DNA of 31,952 bases from a virus. Lineage: Duplodnaviria > Caudoviricetes. Position numbers and translations under genes: made by a program. Of the stretch, positions 1-8,824 are shown in pieces (the first letter of the stretch is position 1; every line of letters starts with the position of its first letter). The stretch covers positions 1-31,952 of the IMG/VR virus record IMGVR_UViG_3300033182_000404, one strand, 5' to 3'. The notes beneath the pieces are model-generated. The model was not told where the DNA came from. It ran no database searches and saw nothing but the letters and a program-made list of their open reading frames with translations.

Positions 1-598
1 GTTCTTCTGGCTCGTTATCCCATTCTTCTTCAACTTCTTCATCAGACTTAATACCTGCTAAGTCTTGTAAACGTCCTACTTCAAAGTCTTCGTACGGACT
101 AGGATCTTTAACTCTAATATCCTGTGGAGCCTTCTTGCCGTTAACACCGTCTAAACCAGCATCAGTAGTAACTGCCGCTACATCTGAATATTGTTCTTGT
201 GGTGCATTGTCATATTCTGGAGTATCACCGCAACCGCATGATGGTTCTGCCTTAACAACAGGAAGATTTTCTTGACCTGGCATCATGTTTGGTGTAACTT
301 GTTGTAGGCCTGCTAATTGCATCATTCTAGCAATAGCACTTGCCTCTTCTGGAGTATCACAAGAAATAGTAATACCTTCTTTAACTTTTTCTTTATCTTT
401 AAGTGCCTTTTTCATAGGCTCTTTTTTGTTACCGTCTTTATCAACGTCTAAGAAATCTGGTTTTGCTTTCTTGGCTTCTTCAACACTTTTGCCATTCATG
501 CGTTCTGTGTTATCAACTGCATCGGTGACTACGTTAGGATTCTTTTTATCTAACTCACGTAATCTTTCTAATACATCATACATTTCAACACTGGCCAT
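1..598 (-). CDS. Acidic hypothetical protein, truncated by the window edge; possible internal head/scaffold-type virion protein
   Basis: Not in the ORF track because it runs off the edge. ATG at 598 overlaps the upstream TAA (TAATG). Reads MASVEMYDVLERLRELDKKNP...KKAKPDFLDVDKDGNKKEPMKKALKDKE...EEVEEEWDNEPEE and stays open to the window start. Confidence 0.75.
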   Translation of the reverse strand, partial: MASVEMYDVLERLRELDKKNPNVVTDAVDNTERMNGKSVEEAKKAKPDFLDVDKDGNKKEPMKKALKDKEKVKEGITISCDTPEEASAIARMMQLAGLQQVTPNMMPGQENLPVVKAEPSCGCGDTPEYDNAPQEQYSDVAAVTTDAGLDGVNGKKAPQDIRVKDPSPYEDFEVGRLQDLAGIKSDEEVEEEWDNEPEE

Positions 599-1101
599 TA
601 TCCTTCCTCCTTATAGCGGTCCTTTGCTTCCTTTGCAAGTTGCTGAAGGAAGGTTTCTTTACCTTTTTCTGTAACTACTAGTGCATCTTTATCAACTTTG
701 ACATCATCATACTTGTATTCACCGTCGTTTAACTTAGGTTCATATGTAGTATCTGTTTCTTCTGCTTGATATTCTTCGTATGGCTCGCCTGGCTTGCGCA
801 CACGAATAAAATCATTTTGAATATTAAGTGCGTCGGATAACGCCCAACGTAATTCTGGCGGTGTAGTAGGATAGTTAAGTGTTGCTTCGTACACTGTAAC
901 TTCCATATTTTTTAATTCTGGAAAATCTAACGGGAGATTTTGAATTGGGGTTTTCTTGCCTGGTGATAATTTAGCAACGTCCCATTTCTTAAGAGCGATT
1001 TCTAAATTATCCTCTGTGTTTTCAGATAGTTCCCCAGCAATTTTGATGACAAAATCGTATTGCTTTGATGCTTCTGCTAGGTACTTCTTAAAGTCGCTCA
1101 T
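598..1101 (-). CDS. Phage hypothetical protein (late gene)
   Basis: 167-aa ORF with AAAGGAG SD and an upstream TAAATA; translationally coupled to the downstream ORF. Confidence 0.8.
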   Translation of the reverse strand: MSDFKKYLAEASKQYDFVIKIAGELSENTEDNLEIALKKWDVAKLSPGKKTPIQNLPLDFPELKNMEVTVYEATLNYPTTPPELRWALSDALNIQNDFIRVRKPGEPYEEYQAEETDTTYEPKLNDGEYKYDDVKVDKDALVVTEKGKETFLQQLAKEAKDRYKEEG

Positions 1102-1122
1102 GTTTTTCTCCTTTAACTACGT

Positions 1123-1611
1123 TTATTTATCTTCATCTTTGTTTAAAAGGCGTTCTAAGAGCGAGTTACGATCTGCTACTACATAACCTTCTGCATCAAC
1201 AGTGTCGTCATTTGTTCCGGCCTTTTGGTCTGCTTGTTGCTTTTTAATTTGCAACTCAATCATTTTTAATTTTTTATCGATTTTTTGACTTTTAGCATCA
1301 ATCGCATTTTTAAGCATGTTTGAAGCAGTTTCAAAAACTCTACCTGCATATCGCGCTTCAACGTTCATACCTAAATCCATTAAATCTTCGTATGATTGTT
1401 TTGCACGTTCTGCTAAATCGTCTAATTCTTTATCTGCTAATTCGCCAAGTCCTTTAACCATTGGTAAAGCGGCAGATATTTTATCAAATTCGTCTATAGA
1501 ACGCTCGAGTTTAGTAACTTCTTTTTTAGTTTCTTCGACAGGCGATTCAACTTGACTCATTACTTGTTCAACTTCAGGCAATTCTAGTAATTCTTCTAGT
1601 TTCTTAGTCAT
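1123..1611 (-). CDS. Coiled-coil protein, probable terminase small subunit (T4 gp16-like)
   Basis: Helical 162-aa protein. RVFETASNMLKNAIDAK...KLKMIELQIKK and the C-terminal DRNSLLERLL resemble the layout of T4-like small terminases; adjacent to the gp4-like gene. Confidence 0.5.
   Translation of the reverse strand: MTKKLEELLELPEVEQVMSQVESPVEETKKEVTKLERSIDEFDKISAALPMVKGLGELADKELDDLAERAKQSYEDLMDLGMNVEARYAGRVFETASNMLKNAIDAKSQKIDKKLKMIELQIKKQQADQKAGTNDDTVDAEGYVVADRNSLLERLLNKDEDK
1124..1129 (-). promoter_or_regulatory. Putative late promoter TAAATA
   Basis: GATAAATAA upstream of SD and ATG 1101. Confidence 0.55.
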
Positions 1612-1616
1612 AGTAA

Positions 1617-1622
1617 TACTTA
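1617..1622 (-). promoter_or_regulatory. Putative late promoter variant TAAGTA
   Basis: TAAGTA-TTACT-ATG(1611); its TAA is also the gp4 stop codon. Confidence 0.45.
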
Positions 1623-2066
1623 TCTTCTTTGGCCTTGGTGGAATAAATCTTTTTCTGTGATTACACGAAACGTAATACCGTTTTGTTTACAATATGCGGC
1701 CGCGGCTTCCCACTTGGCTTTATTTTTAATATATTGTGCTTGATTATATACTGATTTTCCTACTGCTTCTTTTACTGTGTGATTTTCAGGTTTAATTTCA
1801 ATTACTTCGGCTTTAGTTTTGCCGTGTTTGTTAGCATATACAATAAAGAAATCTGGAACATAAATTGTATACTTGCCGTCGAGTGGATTTCTATAAGGAA
1901 TACGAATACTTTCACTGGCCCATTTGGCTACTGAAGGATGCTCGTCACACAATTTCATAAACTGCCACTCCCAACTACTACGATACATAGGAGCCTTAGT
2001 TCCTATATATTTGTCAGGATTTTTAAGTTCGTATTTGCCACGGGCAAACTTTCCTAAACGTGCCAT
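1620..2066 (-). CDS. gp4: Head completion nuclease, T4 gp4-like (TnsA-type PD-(D/E)xK fold)
   Basis: Motifs KNPDKYIG, YRSSWE, WASE..IPY, YVPDF, IEIKP, KWEAA, FRVITE. Confidence 0.9.
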   Translation of the reverse strand: MARLGKFARGKYELKNPDKYIGTKAPMYRSSWEWQFMKLCDEHPSVAKWASESIRIPYRNPLDGKYTIYVPDFFIVYANKHGKTKAEVIEIKPENHTVKEAVGKSVYNQAQYIKNKAKWEAAAAYCKQNGITFRVITEKDLFHQGQRR

Positions 2067-2449
2067 TATGCAAAAATATTCCTCTTGGCAGGATTAGTAT
2101 CTTGTACAGGTTTTGCAGTACCAAGTGTACTTGTTTTTACTCTGTTATTGTTTAATACTTCTCCAATTAGGTCGCTTAATTGAACGTCATTAAAGTCTCT
2201 AATTTGATCTAGGTACGTTAACGGATTAACATTATCTAGTTTTGCTTGCCTTAAAATAATAAACGCAGTAGTACGTGCGGCATCGTCGTCCATGCCCCTT
2301 TTCTTAAAGAAGCCAATAAATGCATCAGAGTCAGTTGCTTTAAACTCTAAAGGTGCTTTGTTATAAGCATCAAAAAACTTTAGTGTTTTATCACTTGAAC
2401 TTCTTTCTTTTTTGATTTCAGATGTTGGTAAGTTTGAATATTCTGCCAT
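2066..2449 (-). CDS. Hypothetical protein (127 aa; start moved to MAEYSNL)
   Basis: ATG at 2449 lies just after the stop of the upstream gene (2451-2453), avoiding the 74-nt overlap of the longer track ORF; its stop overlaps the gp4 start. Confidence 0.7.
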   Translation of the reverse strand: MAEYSNLPTSEIKKERSSSDKTLKFFDAYNKAPLEFKATDSDAFIGFFKKRGMDDDAARTTAFIILRQAKLDNVNPLTYLDQIRDFNDVQLSDLIGEVLNNNRVKTSTLGTAKPVQDTNPAKRNIFA

Positions 2450-2450
2450 G

Positions 2451-3716
2451 TTACTGTACCGCCGTTTGTTGAGTAGGAGTAATTTCAATTGATCCTGTAG
2501 CAGACAATGATTGTCCACTAGCATCAGTTGGTAATACTACTGGATTAACAGGAGTAATCTCAGCAGTTCCTGTTCCTGTTAACGGTGTTGTTTCAGTGGT
2601 GCCTTGACCTGTTAATGTTTGCGATGTATCTTGTACATTAAGTTGTCCGGGCTGTGCACCGCTTACGCCAGGAACTTGTGTTCCTCTAGTACTGTTAATG
2701 TATCCGTTTTGTCCTGCCACTAGTACTGTGCTTCTTGCCGCAGTGTCAATTGCTCTAGCACCAATGTTTTCTAATTCGTTACTAACACCCTCTTTAGTTA
2801 ATTGTTTTGCGTTGTCGTATGTATTTTTTGCTTTGATAGCAGTACCAATTAGTGCAAAAGGATTGTTATACGTTCTTGGATCAAACAAATCGCCTACAAC
2901 ATCTAATCCTCCAGCAAGCACACCGCCTGCTCCGAACAGTGTTGGAGTGCCGCCGCCAAATAAACCCAATGGTGATGGATTTTTATCGTAGTGTAACGAT
3001 GCAAACCCGTCTGGATTGTTTGTACTTACTACTCCACTTCCGTATTTGATACCTTCGTAAATAACAGACATTTGATTCTCAGCAGGTTGACTGCTAGAGT
3101 TGTCCATGTTTGGTGCTCGCCATTCTTGAATCATTGGATTGATTAAAGTGAACTCTGAAAATTTATGTTGGCTCAGTTGATATATAGAAATACGTCTAAA
3201 AAATCTTCTAGAACGGTTTGAATCTAAACCAAATTTAATAGGTTGTTGTTTACCGTTTGGTGAGTTGTATGTTACTTGTCTACCTAGTGCATCTGCATAT
3301 TGTGAGTCTGCATATGTAGCCTTAAAGTACTGTTGCCACATGCCATTAACAACGTCAGCATTGTCATCGTGGAATGTAAATGTTACCGGTTGATAGTCAA
3401 CTCTTGTTTGAACATTTGTTTTCTTTCCGTATTGATTAAATGTTTGTGTTTGTACACTTACACTTGGCAAGTTTACTGATTTAACCAACATACCTGCTTC
3501 AGTGTTTGGCGCACTTTTAAGAAATCCTAAACTTGCGGCAATACCTGCAATACGTTGAACCGCAGAATCAATCTCAAAATATACATGATATAAGAATTGA
3601 ACCTTTGGTGTAAGTCTATTAAAATTGTCAGTATACAGTCTAGCCGCATGAGCATAATCATGCATGTCGCCTTCTGCTGTTGATACTGTTGTAAAAAGTT
3701 TATTAATCCAGCCCAT
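2451..3716 (-). CDS. Tail-tube-fold protein (gp19/gp48/gp54-like; possible tube initiator or baseplate junction) with a low-complexity C-terminal tail
   Basis: VKSVNLPSVSVQT..NQYGKKTNVQTRVDYQPVTFTFHDD parallels the tube protein's VIDVTRPNVNFE..YNSKVFYAGKHTWQPITLTVRDD; lies directly downstream of the tube gene. Confidence 0.7.
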   Translation of the reverse strand: MGWINKLFTTVSTAEGDMHDYAHAARLYTDNFNRLTPKVQFLYHVYFEIDSAVQRIAGIAASLGFLKSAPNTEAGMLVKSVNLPSVSVQTQTFNQYGKKTNVQTRVDYQPVTFTFHDDNADVVNGMWQQYFKATYADSQYADALGRQVTYNSPNGKQQPIKFGLDSNRSRRFFRRISIYQLSQHKFSEFTLINPMIQEWRAPNMDNSSSQPAENQMSVIYEGIKYGSGVVSTNNPDGFASLHYDKNPSPLGLFGGGTPTLFGAGGVLAGGLDVVGDLFDPRTYNNPFALIGTAIKAKNTYDNAKQLTKEGVSNELENIGARAIDTAARSTVLVAGQNGYINSTRGTQVPGVSGAQPGQLNVQDTSQTLTGQGTTETTPLTGTGTAEITPVNPVVLPTDASGQSLSATGSIEITPTQQTAVQ

Positions 3717-3721
3717 ACTAT

Positions 3722-3727
3722 TATTTA
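3722..3727 (-). promoter_or_regulatory. Putative late promoter TAAATA
   Basis: Just downstream of the terminator; TAAATA-ATAGT-ATG(3716). Confidence 0.7.
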
Positions 3728-3732
3728 GCCGT

Positions 3733-3762
3733 AAAAAAAGGTCGGTGAAAAAACGCCGACCT
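3733..3762 (-). terminator. Rho-independent terminator after the tail tube gene
   Basis: Minus strand AGGTCGG-CGTTTTTTCA-CCGACCT followed by a T run: a 7-bp GC-rich stem plus U tract. Confidence 0.8.
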
Positions 3763-3784
3763 CTTCTTAGTTTTTACAAAACTA

Positions 3785-4411
3785 TTAGCCTGTTGCTAAA
3801 GTTCTAACTGTTCTAGCGATTGCGCCACCGATACCATCTGGCTGACCAGCACCATTAGTTTGGATTGCGTTATCGTACTGAATTGACATTTGAATGTCGA
3901 CTGGGTTAGAATCGCTGTATGCTAATTGGTTATAGTTAATGTCTTGGATAAAGCATCCTACTAGTTCAAATGTTTCAAGCACTTGAGGAGCATTTGCGCC
4001 GTTACCACCATCTAGAATTTCAATTCTAGTTTTGAACTTGTAGTCGATACCACTTGCGGCTGAACTCTGCTCGAAGAAGTCGAACTGCTTCTGCATTTGC
4101 TCACCTGCTAGTTTGTTAACAGCATTGTTAACATCATCACGTACAGTTAATGTGATTGGTTGCCATGTATGCTTACCTGCATAGAAAACCTTTGAGTTGT
4201 AAACATCGATTGCGATAGATTCAAAGTTAACGTTTGGTCTAGTTACATCGATTACTTGTTTTGTTAGTTCCACTACTGGTGATCCTGCTCCAAAGTTTTC
4301 AAGTGTAACGCGGAAGCGATACTTGAGTTTAGGCATCAACAAGCCTTGTGAACTTGCTGACTGGTCACTAGCCAATGGCACTGTAAATCTTGATAAACTT
4401 GAAATTGCCAT
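3785..4411 (-). CDS. gp19: Tail tube protein (T4 gp19-like)
   Basis: 208 aa, immediately downstream of the sheath. Motifs PKLKYRFRV, YAGKHTWQPITLTVRDD, FELVGCF..DINY..L.Y, IQYDNA; strong SD. Confidence 0.9.
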   Translation of the reverse strand: MAISSLSRFTVPLASDQSASSQGLLMPKLKYRFRVTLENFGAGSPVVELTKQVIDVTRPNVNFESIAIDVYNSKVFYAGKHTWQPITLTVRDDVNNAVNKLAGEQMQKQFDFFEQSSAASGIDYKFKTRIEILDGGNGANAPQVLETFELVGCFIQDINYNQLAYSDSNPVDIQMSIQYDNAIQTNGAGQPDGIGGAIARTVRTLATG

Positions 4412-4435
4412 TTTATTTTGCTCCTTTAATAAACT

Positions 4436-4441
4436 TATTTA
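4436..4441 (-). promoter_or_regulatory. Putative late promoter TAAATA (tail tube)
   Basis: GATAAATAA in the sheath-tube intergenic region, followed by AAAGGAG. Confidence 0.7.
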
Positions 4442-4447
4442 TCACCA

Positions 4448-7400
4448 TTATTGATTGCCCAAAGTTGCAATCTCGCCAGTGTTCTTCAAGCGTAGTGGAA
4501 TGTAAATAAATTCAACTGCTTTAACTGGTTCAATAGCAATGTCAACGTACAACTCGTTACGATCGATTCTACTTGGTGTGTTGTTTGATTCATCACACAC
4601 AACTAGGAAGTCGTAAAGTGCTCTTTGACCTACCAATTCAAGTAATAGGCTTTCTGTAGCCTGTTTGATTTCATCTCTTGTGATCTTGTCATTTGGTTCA
4701 AACATGAACGGCTTAGCAAGTAGACTTAATTGACGTCTTAGATACGCAGTTAAACGTGCAACGTTAATTCTGTCTAGTGCAGAAGCGTTTCTTGCTCTAG
4801 TGTATTGACCAAAGTTAACAAGTCCGCTACCAGTGATGTAAGTAATAGGGTTAATTTTAACACTTGCCATTGTGTCTCTAACACCTTCGTTTAGAGCAAC
4901 TGGCTTAAACTCACCTTCACTGTCAATATAACCAACACTTGATGCGTTTGTAATACCACCACGTCTTGTACCTGCTGGTGCAAACCATGGATAAGAAACT
5001 GCATCACTTAGTGCAATAGTGCGTAGCATCATGTAACTTGGTGGTACAACAATGTTGTTTCCAACAACGTCAGTTGTATAACCGGATGGGTAGAACATAC
5101 CCATGTATTCGTCATATGATGTAACACCATCTTCACCATCTGCTAGTGCATTTGCCGCATTTGAACCATAGTTTAGAAGTTCAGTTGCAGAAGAACCTAG
5201 TCTAAATGGTGTATCACCAATTACAAATCCTGTAATTCCTCTGTCAATGTTTAGAGAAACTAGGTTAGTTACACATTCTACGTAGCCTGGACAACTTAGT
5301 AGTGTAAAGTTACGTGTTTCCTCATCACGTAAGTCTTGGTTAGTGTCGATTTCGCTCTTAAGGGCGGCTACTACGGTCTTGCGTTGTGCTTTACGACCGA
5401 ATAAACCTGAACCGTCTTCAGCAGTAGTGTTCCAACCAACCCAACGATCAGTTGCATAAGCACTCATTGATTCGTCTGCTGAACCTGCGGTGTATGTAGT
5501 ACCAGTACCTTGGAAGCGAATGTTACGTCCGCTGTTTGCATTAATATCGACATGTCCTGAAACGAACTTCTTAACATTAAATCCAGAACGTCTAGTGTTC
5601 CAAAGTAACATGCCTCTTGGATACAAGTCTGGATCTGGTGAATCTGGATCAACAAAGTCGCTTGTTAGATAATCTTCGATATCTGCGGCTGTGTCACCTG
5701 TTGCACCACTTACGCCATAACGTGCATCTGCAAATAAAATACCATCTTCTGTAGTTTGATCACTTACATCAATAGCAACCCATTCTAGAGCGTTGCCATC
5801 ATACTTGTAAATATTTTGACCATAAGTTTCAGTGTTACCTGAATCTACCCAAATGTCTTGATCTGTCATTCCAGTAGTTGGCTGTGTAGCACTTACTGTA
5901 ATTGAGGCATATGGATAAACGTTGTTATAACCTCTCCATACAGCACCGTCGTGTACCATAATGTCAACTTCGTCTAGTACAGTTGAGTACCATAGTGTAC
6001 CGTCTGCTGGTGTACTAGTCGGTGCGCCTGCACTTGCTTCGTAACTTAATGATTTCCAGTTACTAACAACAATGCCGCCTGTAAAGTCACCTGCACTTGG
6101 TGCAGTATATACGTTGTCAACAGCATTTGTAATACCCATAGCATTTAATGGACTATAAGTACCGTCTTTAGCATAAATCTCACCGCCTTTGCTGTGAGTA
6201 AGTTGTAATGCACCAGTTGTAAGTACTTCTGCTGTGATGTATGTGAAGCCAGCCGCAGAAATTGCACTAGCCACTGCGTCTGCATCAGTACCAGTTACTG
6301 TAATTGATTTAGTAGTTGCTAGTGTATCGCTACCTGGTACACTTTCTGCCATTGTAAATGTGCCGCCAGTTGAACTAATAGTTCCTGCTGTAGCACTACC
6401 AACTGCTGTAGTTGGAGAAACTGCTTGTCTACGATATAGTTTAAAGTTAGCAAGTGGTTTGTCTGCATCAGTTGTGTTACTAATAACCATTAGTGAACCA
6501 ACTGCAATGTTTTCGCCGCCGCCTACACTATCTAAACCTTTATCTGCTTCTTCACGTGTAGCATAAATTGGAGCACTTACAGTTGACCAAGCACCTGCTG
6601 AAGCGTTCCATTGCTTAACTAGATATAATGCACCTAGGTTAGGCTCAGTGGTTTTAACCCAAACACTACCTGTTGGGCGTCTTGAACTTACTGTAGAACC
6701 ATCGATAGTTTGTGTATCGTTGGTTTTCCAAGTAGGAACTCTACTGTGCTTACTAATTTGTAGTGTAATACCTGGCTTGTAGCCTGGCTCTAAACCTAAT
6801 GTGTTTAGAAGCGCATCTGCACCAACATCTGCTAATACTAGGGCACCGTCAACAGTTGAGTCTGTGTTGCCGCCTGCTGTACCGTCTGTGTAAATTTCTA
6901 ATCTACCGGTTGATGTTGCTTTTGCTCCAACACCGTTAATGCCTGCCGCGTTAATTGATGCCGCCATGTTTTGTACATCTGTTCCACCAAACGAAGTAGA
7001 ATATGTAACAGTTGTACCGTTAATCTTAATTGCTGGAGTACCTGTGATACTTGGAAGAGATGCAGTACCTTGTACTACTGGCCAACTAGTTGCCCAACAG
7101 TCTGAAGTAAATGTTGCAACACTACCTAGTGAGCCAAAGCCTGTGTTAGTAGTTGATCCAACTTTAACCCAGTTATTGTCTGCGTTCTTGTACCACATTT
7201 GGTTCTCTGTGTTCCAAGTTACGATAGCATAATCACCTTTAGAACCTACAGAAGTTTTGATACCTGTATAAGTTGCACCAGAGACACCAGTTAATTGAGT
7301 TGAGGAGTTAACAACAGTTGGTACCTTGTTAGCAAACTTTTGTGTACTTGCGTCCCACTCAAATACACCATAATTTGTATCGTCGGTGTCAAACCAATAT

Positions 7401-7801
7401 GTTCCGTCTGCTGGATCACCTGCTGGCGCACTTGCTGAACCTGTTAGTTCGCCTAGGTCTACATCAGCACGAACAACATATGCTCTGTTCGCTACACCCA
7501 AATATGAGTAAGCCGCTTGTAGGCCGTACTCGTTTAATTCGTTACCATGTAATGGATTGTTTGATGTATCAGTATAGAAAGTTGGGTTACCGAATGTGTC
7601 GGTAAGTTCTCTCTGACTGGTCATTAAATATACTTTGCCTGCGTTCTGTGCTAGTGTGCCAGATGCAGTGCCTGTACCACTACCGTTTGGTTTGCTTTCT
7701 GCTGTTGCCACCATAATTAGTGGAACAGTTGCACCAGCGGCAGGGGTGTAAAAACTTTCGTCAATTACGCTGACGTCAACTCCTGGTGATGATAGTGCCA
7801 T
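4448..7801 (-). CDS. gp18: Contractile tail sheath protein (T4 gp18-like) with large insertions
   Basis: N-terminal LSSPGVDVSVIDES and FGNP; C-terminal PWFAPAGTRRG, INPI, ALDRINVARL, FEPND, CDESNN, IEPVKAVEFIYI. Confidence 0.97.
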   Translation of the reverse strand: MALSSPGVDVSVIDESFYTPAAGATVPLIMVATAESKPNGSGTGTASGTLAQNAGKVYLMTSQRELTDTFGNPTFYTDTSNNPLHGNELNEYGLQAAYSYLGVANRAYVVRADVDLGELTGSASAPAGDPADGTYWFDTDDTNYGVFEWDASTQKFANKVPTVVNSSTQLTGVSGATYTGIKTSVGSKGDYAIVTWNTENQMWYKNADNNWVKVGSTTNTGFGSLGSVATFTSDCWATSWPVVQGTASLPSITGTPAIKINGTTVTYSTSFGGTDVQNMAASINAAGINGVGAKATSTGRLEIYTDGTAGGNTDSTVDGALVLADVGADALLNTLGLEPGYKPGITLQISKHSRVPTWKTNDTQTIDGSTVSSRRPTGSVWVKTTEPNLGALYLVKQWNASAGAWSTVSAPIYATREEADKGLDSVGGGENIAVGSLMVISNTTDADKPLANFKLYRRQAVSPTTAVGSATAGTISSTGGTFTMAESVPGSDTLATTKSITVTGTDADAVASAISAAGFTYITAEVLTTGALQLTHSKGGEIYAKDGTYSPLNAMGITNAVDNVYTAPSAGDFTGGIVVSNWKSLSYEASAGAPTSTPADGTLWYSTVLDEVDIMVHDGAVWRGYNNVYPYASITVSATQPTTGMTDQDIWVDSGNTETYGQNIYKYDGNALEWVAIDVSDQTTEDGILFADARYGVSGATGDTAADIEDYLTSDFVDPDSPDPDLYPRGMLLWNTRRSGFNVKKFVSGHVDINANSGRNIRFQGTGTTYTAGSADESMSAYATDRWVGWNTTAEDGSGLFGRKAQRKTVVAALKSEIDTNQDLRDEETRNFTLLSCPGYVECVTNLVSLNIDRGITGFVIGDTPFRLGSSATELLNYGSNAANALADGEDGVTSYDEYMGMFYPSGYTTDVVGNNIVVPPSYMMLRTIALSDAVSYPWFAPAGTRRGGITNASSVGYIDSEGEFKPVALNEGVRDTMASVKINPITYITGSGLVNFGQYTRARNASALDRINVARLTAYLRRQLSLLAKPFMFEPNDKITRDEIKQATESLLLELVGQRALYDFLVVCDESNNTPSRIDRNELYVDIAIEPVKAVEFIYIPLRLKNTGEIATLGNQ

Positions 7802-7856
7802 CTTGTTAACTCCTTTAATTAAGTTCTATTCGAACATGTATTAGTTCTCTTAAACA

Positions 7857-7927
7857 TATTTAGCCACAACTCCAAAAAATAAGGCGTAATACATGGCGAA
7901 AAAGGTATGGTAAAGGGCGGGTAAATA
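7857..7927. promoter_or_regulatory. Divergent late promoters (sheath on -, HNH-like on +)
   Basis: TAAATA on - at 7862-7857 and on + at 7922-7927. Confidence 0.65.
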
Positions 7928-7932
7928 CAGTT

Positions 7933-8271
7933 ATGAGCAGACCCTTATGCAAAACTTGTAATCAAAGACCGTGCGCAATAAACTATAAGAAAGGCAGTAA
8001 GACTTATTATAGAAGTAAGTGCGAACAGTGTGCTAGAGGTAGAGTACCTAGTGTGCCGTTATGGTATCAGTTGGGTTATCGACAAAAAGACAAGTGTGAT
8101 AAATGCGGGTTTCACAGCAAACACCCTGAGCAGTTTGCAGTGTATCACGTTGATGGTGATTTAAGAAATTGCAGACATAGCAATCTTAAAACAGTATGTG
8201 CTAACTGTCAACGAATTCTTCAAAAAGTCGGGGTGCGTTGGCGGCAAGGTGACTTAACCCCTGATTTCTAA
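7933..8271 (+). CDS. Zn-finger/HNH-endonuclease-like protein
   Basis: Four CxxC pairs plus VYHVDGDLRNCRHSNLKTVCANC, an HNH-type H-x-D-G...N...NL..C..C pattern. Confidence 0.7.
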   Translation: MSRPLCKTCNQRPCAINYKKGSKTYYRSKCEQCARGRVPSVPLWYQLGYRQKDKCDKCGFHSKHPEQFAVYHVDGDLRNCRHSNLKTVCANCQRILQKVGVRWRQGDLTPDF

Positions 8272-8761
8272 AGATAGTACGAATAAGCGTATCTACGTTT
8301 CTTTCTAATCTTTTTAAATCGCCATTGTTGTCAATAGTGTAATCGCACATCCATTGTTCGATACTCATTGAACTAGGATCTTCTAAAGGCAAGTGGTCTG
8401 TACGGTCTACCCAAATAGCGTAGTCAAAGATTTCTTCATTCTTCATTGCGAAGAATTCACGTTTGTTCCGCAAGCCACAATAGATTTTATTTTTTGAAAA
8501 CAGTTCGCGCCCTAATCGTGCTAAATCGTCTTTACAGTAATCGTGAATCATCTTATACCATTCGGTACGATGATTATGCCGGTCTGCATAACATTCTTCT
8601 TCGTCTGCATAACCGTATTTGTCTTTTAGATCGTTGTAGATAAACAGTTCGGAGCAGAACTTAGAACTTGATTGGAATGTATAGCCGTACCGCTCTAACA
8701 TCTCACAAACAGTATCTTTTCCATGGCGGCCGTGGCCAACAATTAGTAATTTAGGTAACAC
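8201..8761 (-). CDS. Deoxynucleoside monophosphate kinase-like P-loop protein (T4 gp1-like)
   Basis: N-terminal Walker A IVGHGRHGKDT, G-x-R-x-x-x-E, WVDR, DYTIDNNGDL. GTG at 8761 is 7 nt after AGGAG, a better-spaced start than TTG at 8767. Confidence 0.7.
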   Translation of the reverse strand: MLPKLLIVGHGRHGKDTVCEMLERYGYTFQSSSKFCSELFIYNDLKDKYGYADEEECYADRHNHRTEWYKMIHDYCKDDLARLGRELFSKNKIYCGLRNKREFFAMKNEEIFDYAIWVDRTDHLPLEDPSSMSIEQWMCDYTIDNNGDLKRLERNVDTLIRTIFRNQGLSHLAANAPRLFEEFVDS

Positions 8762-8788
8762 AGACAAACTCCTTAAAGTATGCTATGT

Positions 8789-8817
8789 ATTATAGACTAC
8801 TATATAGACGATGTCAA
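8789..8817 (-). promoter_or_regulatory. Consensus sigma70 promoter (early/host RNAP) for the dNMP-kinase-like gene
   Basis: Minus strand TTGACA (8817-8812), 17-nt spacer, TATAAT (8794-8789), then AAGGAG SD. Confidence 0.88.
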
Positions 8818-8824
8818 CTAGTTT

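Noticed and set aside
1620-2066. Tn7 TnsA transposase / mobile element
   Set aside because: Size, motifs and context fit T4 gp4 head completion protein; no other transposon genes or ends are seen.
285-7605. Plus-strand ORFs and short out-of-frame minus-strand ORFs over the core genes (e.g. 285-674, 956-1186, 1316-1555, 2698-2991, 5464-5655, 6234-6566, 6939-7232)
   Set aside because: They lie on top of well-supported minus-strand genes and have no SD or recognisable motifs; typical shadow frames.
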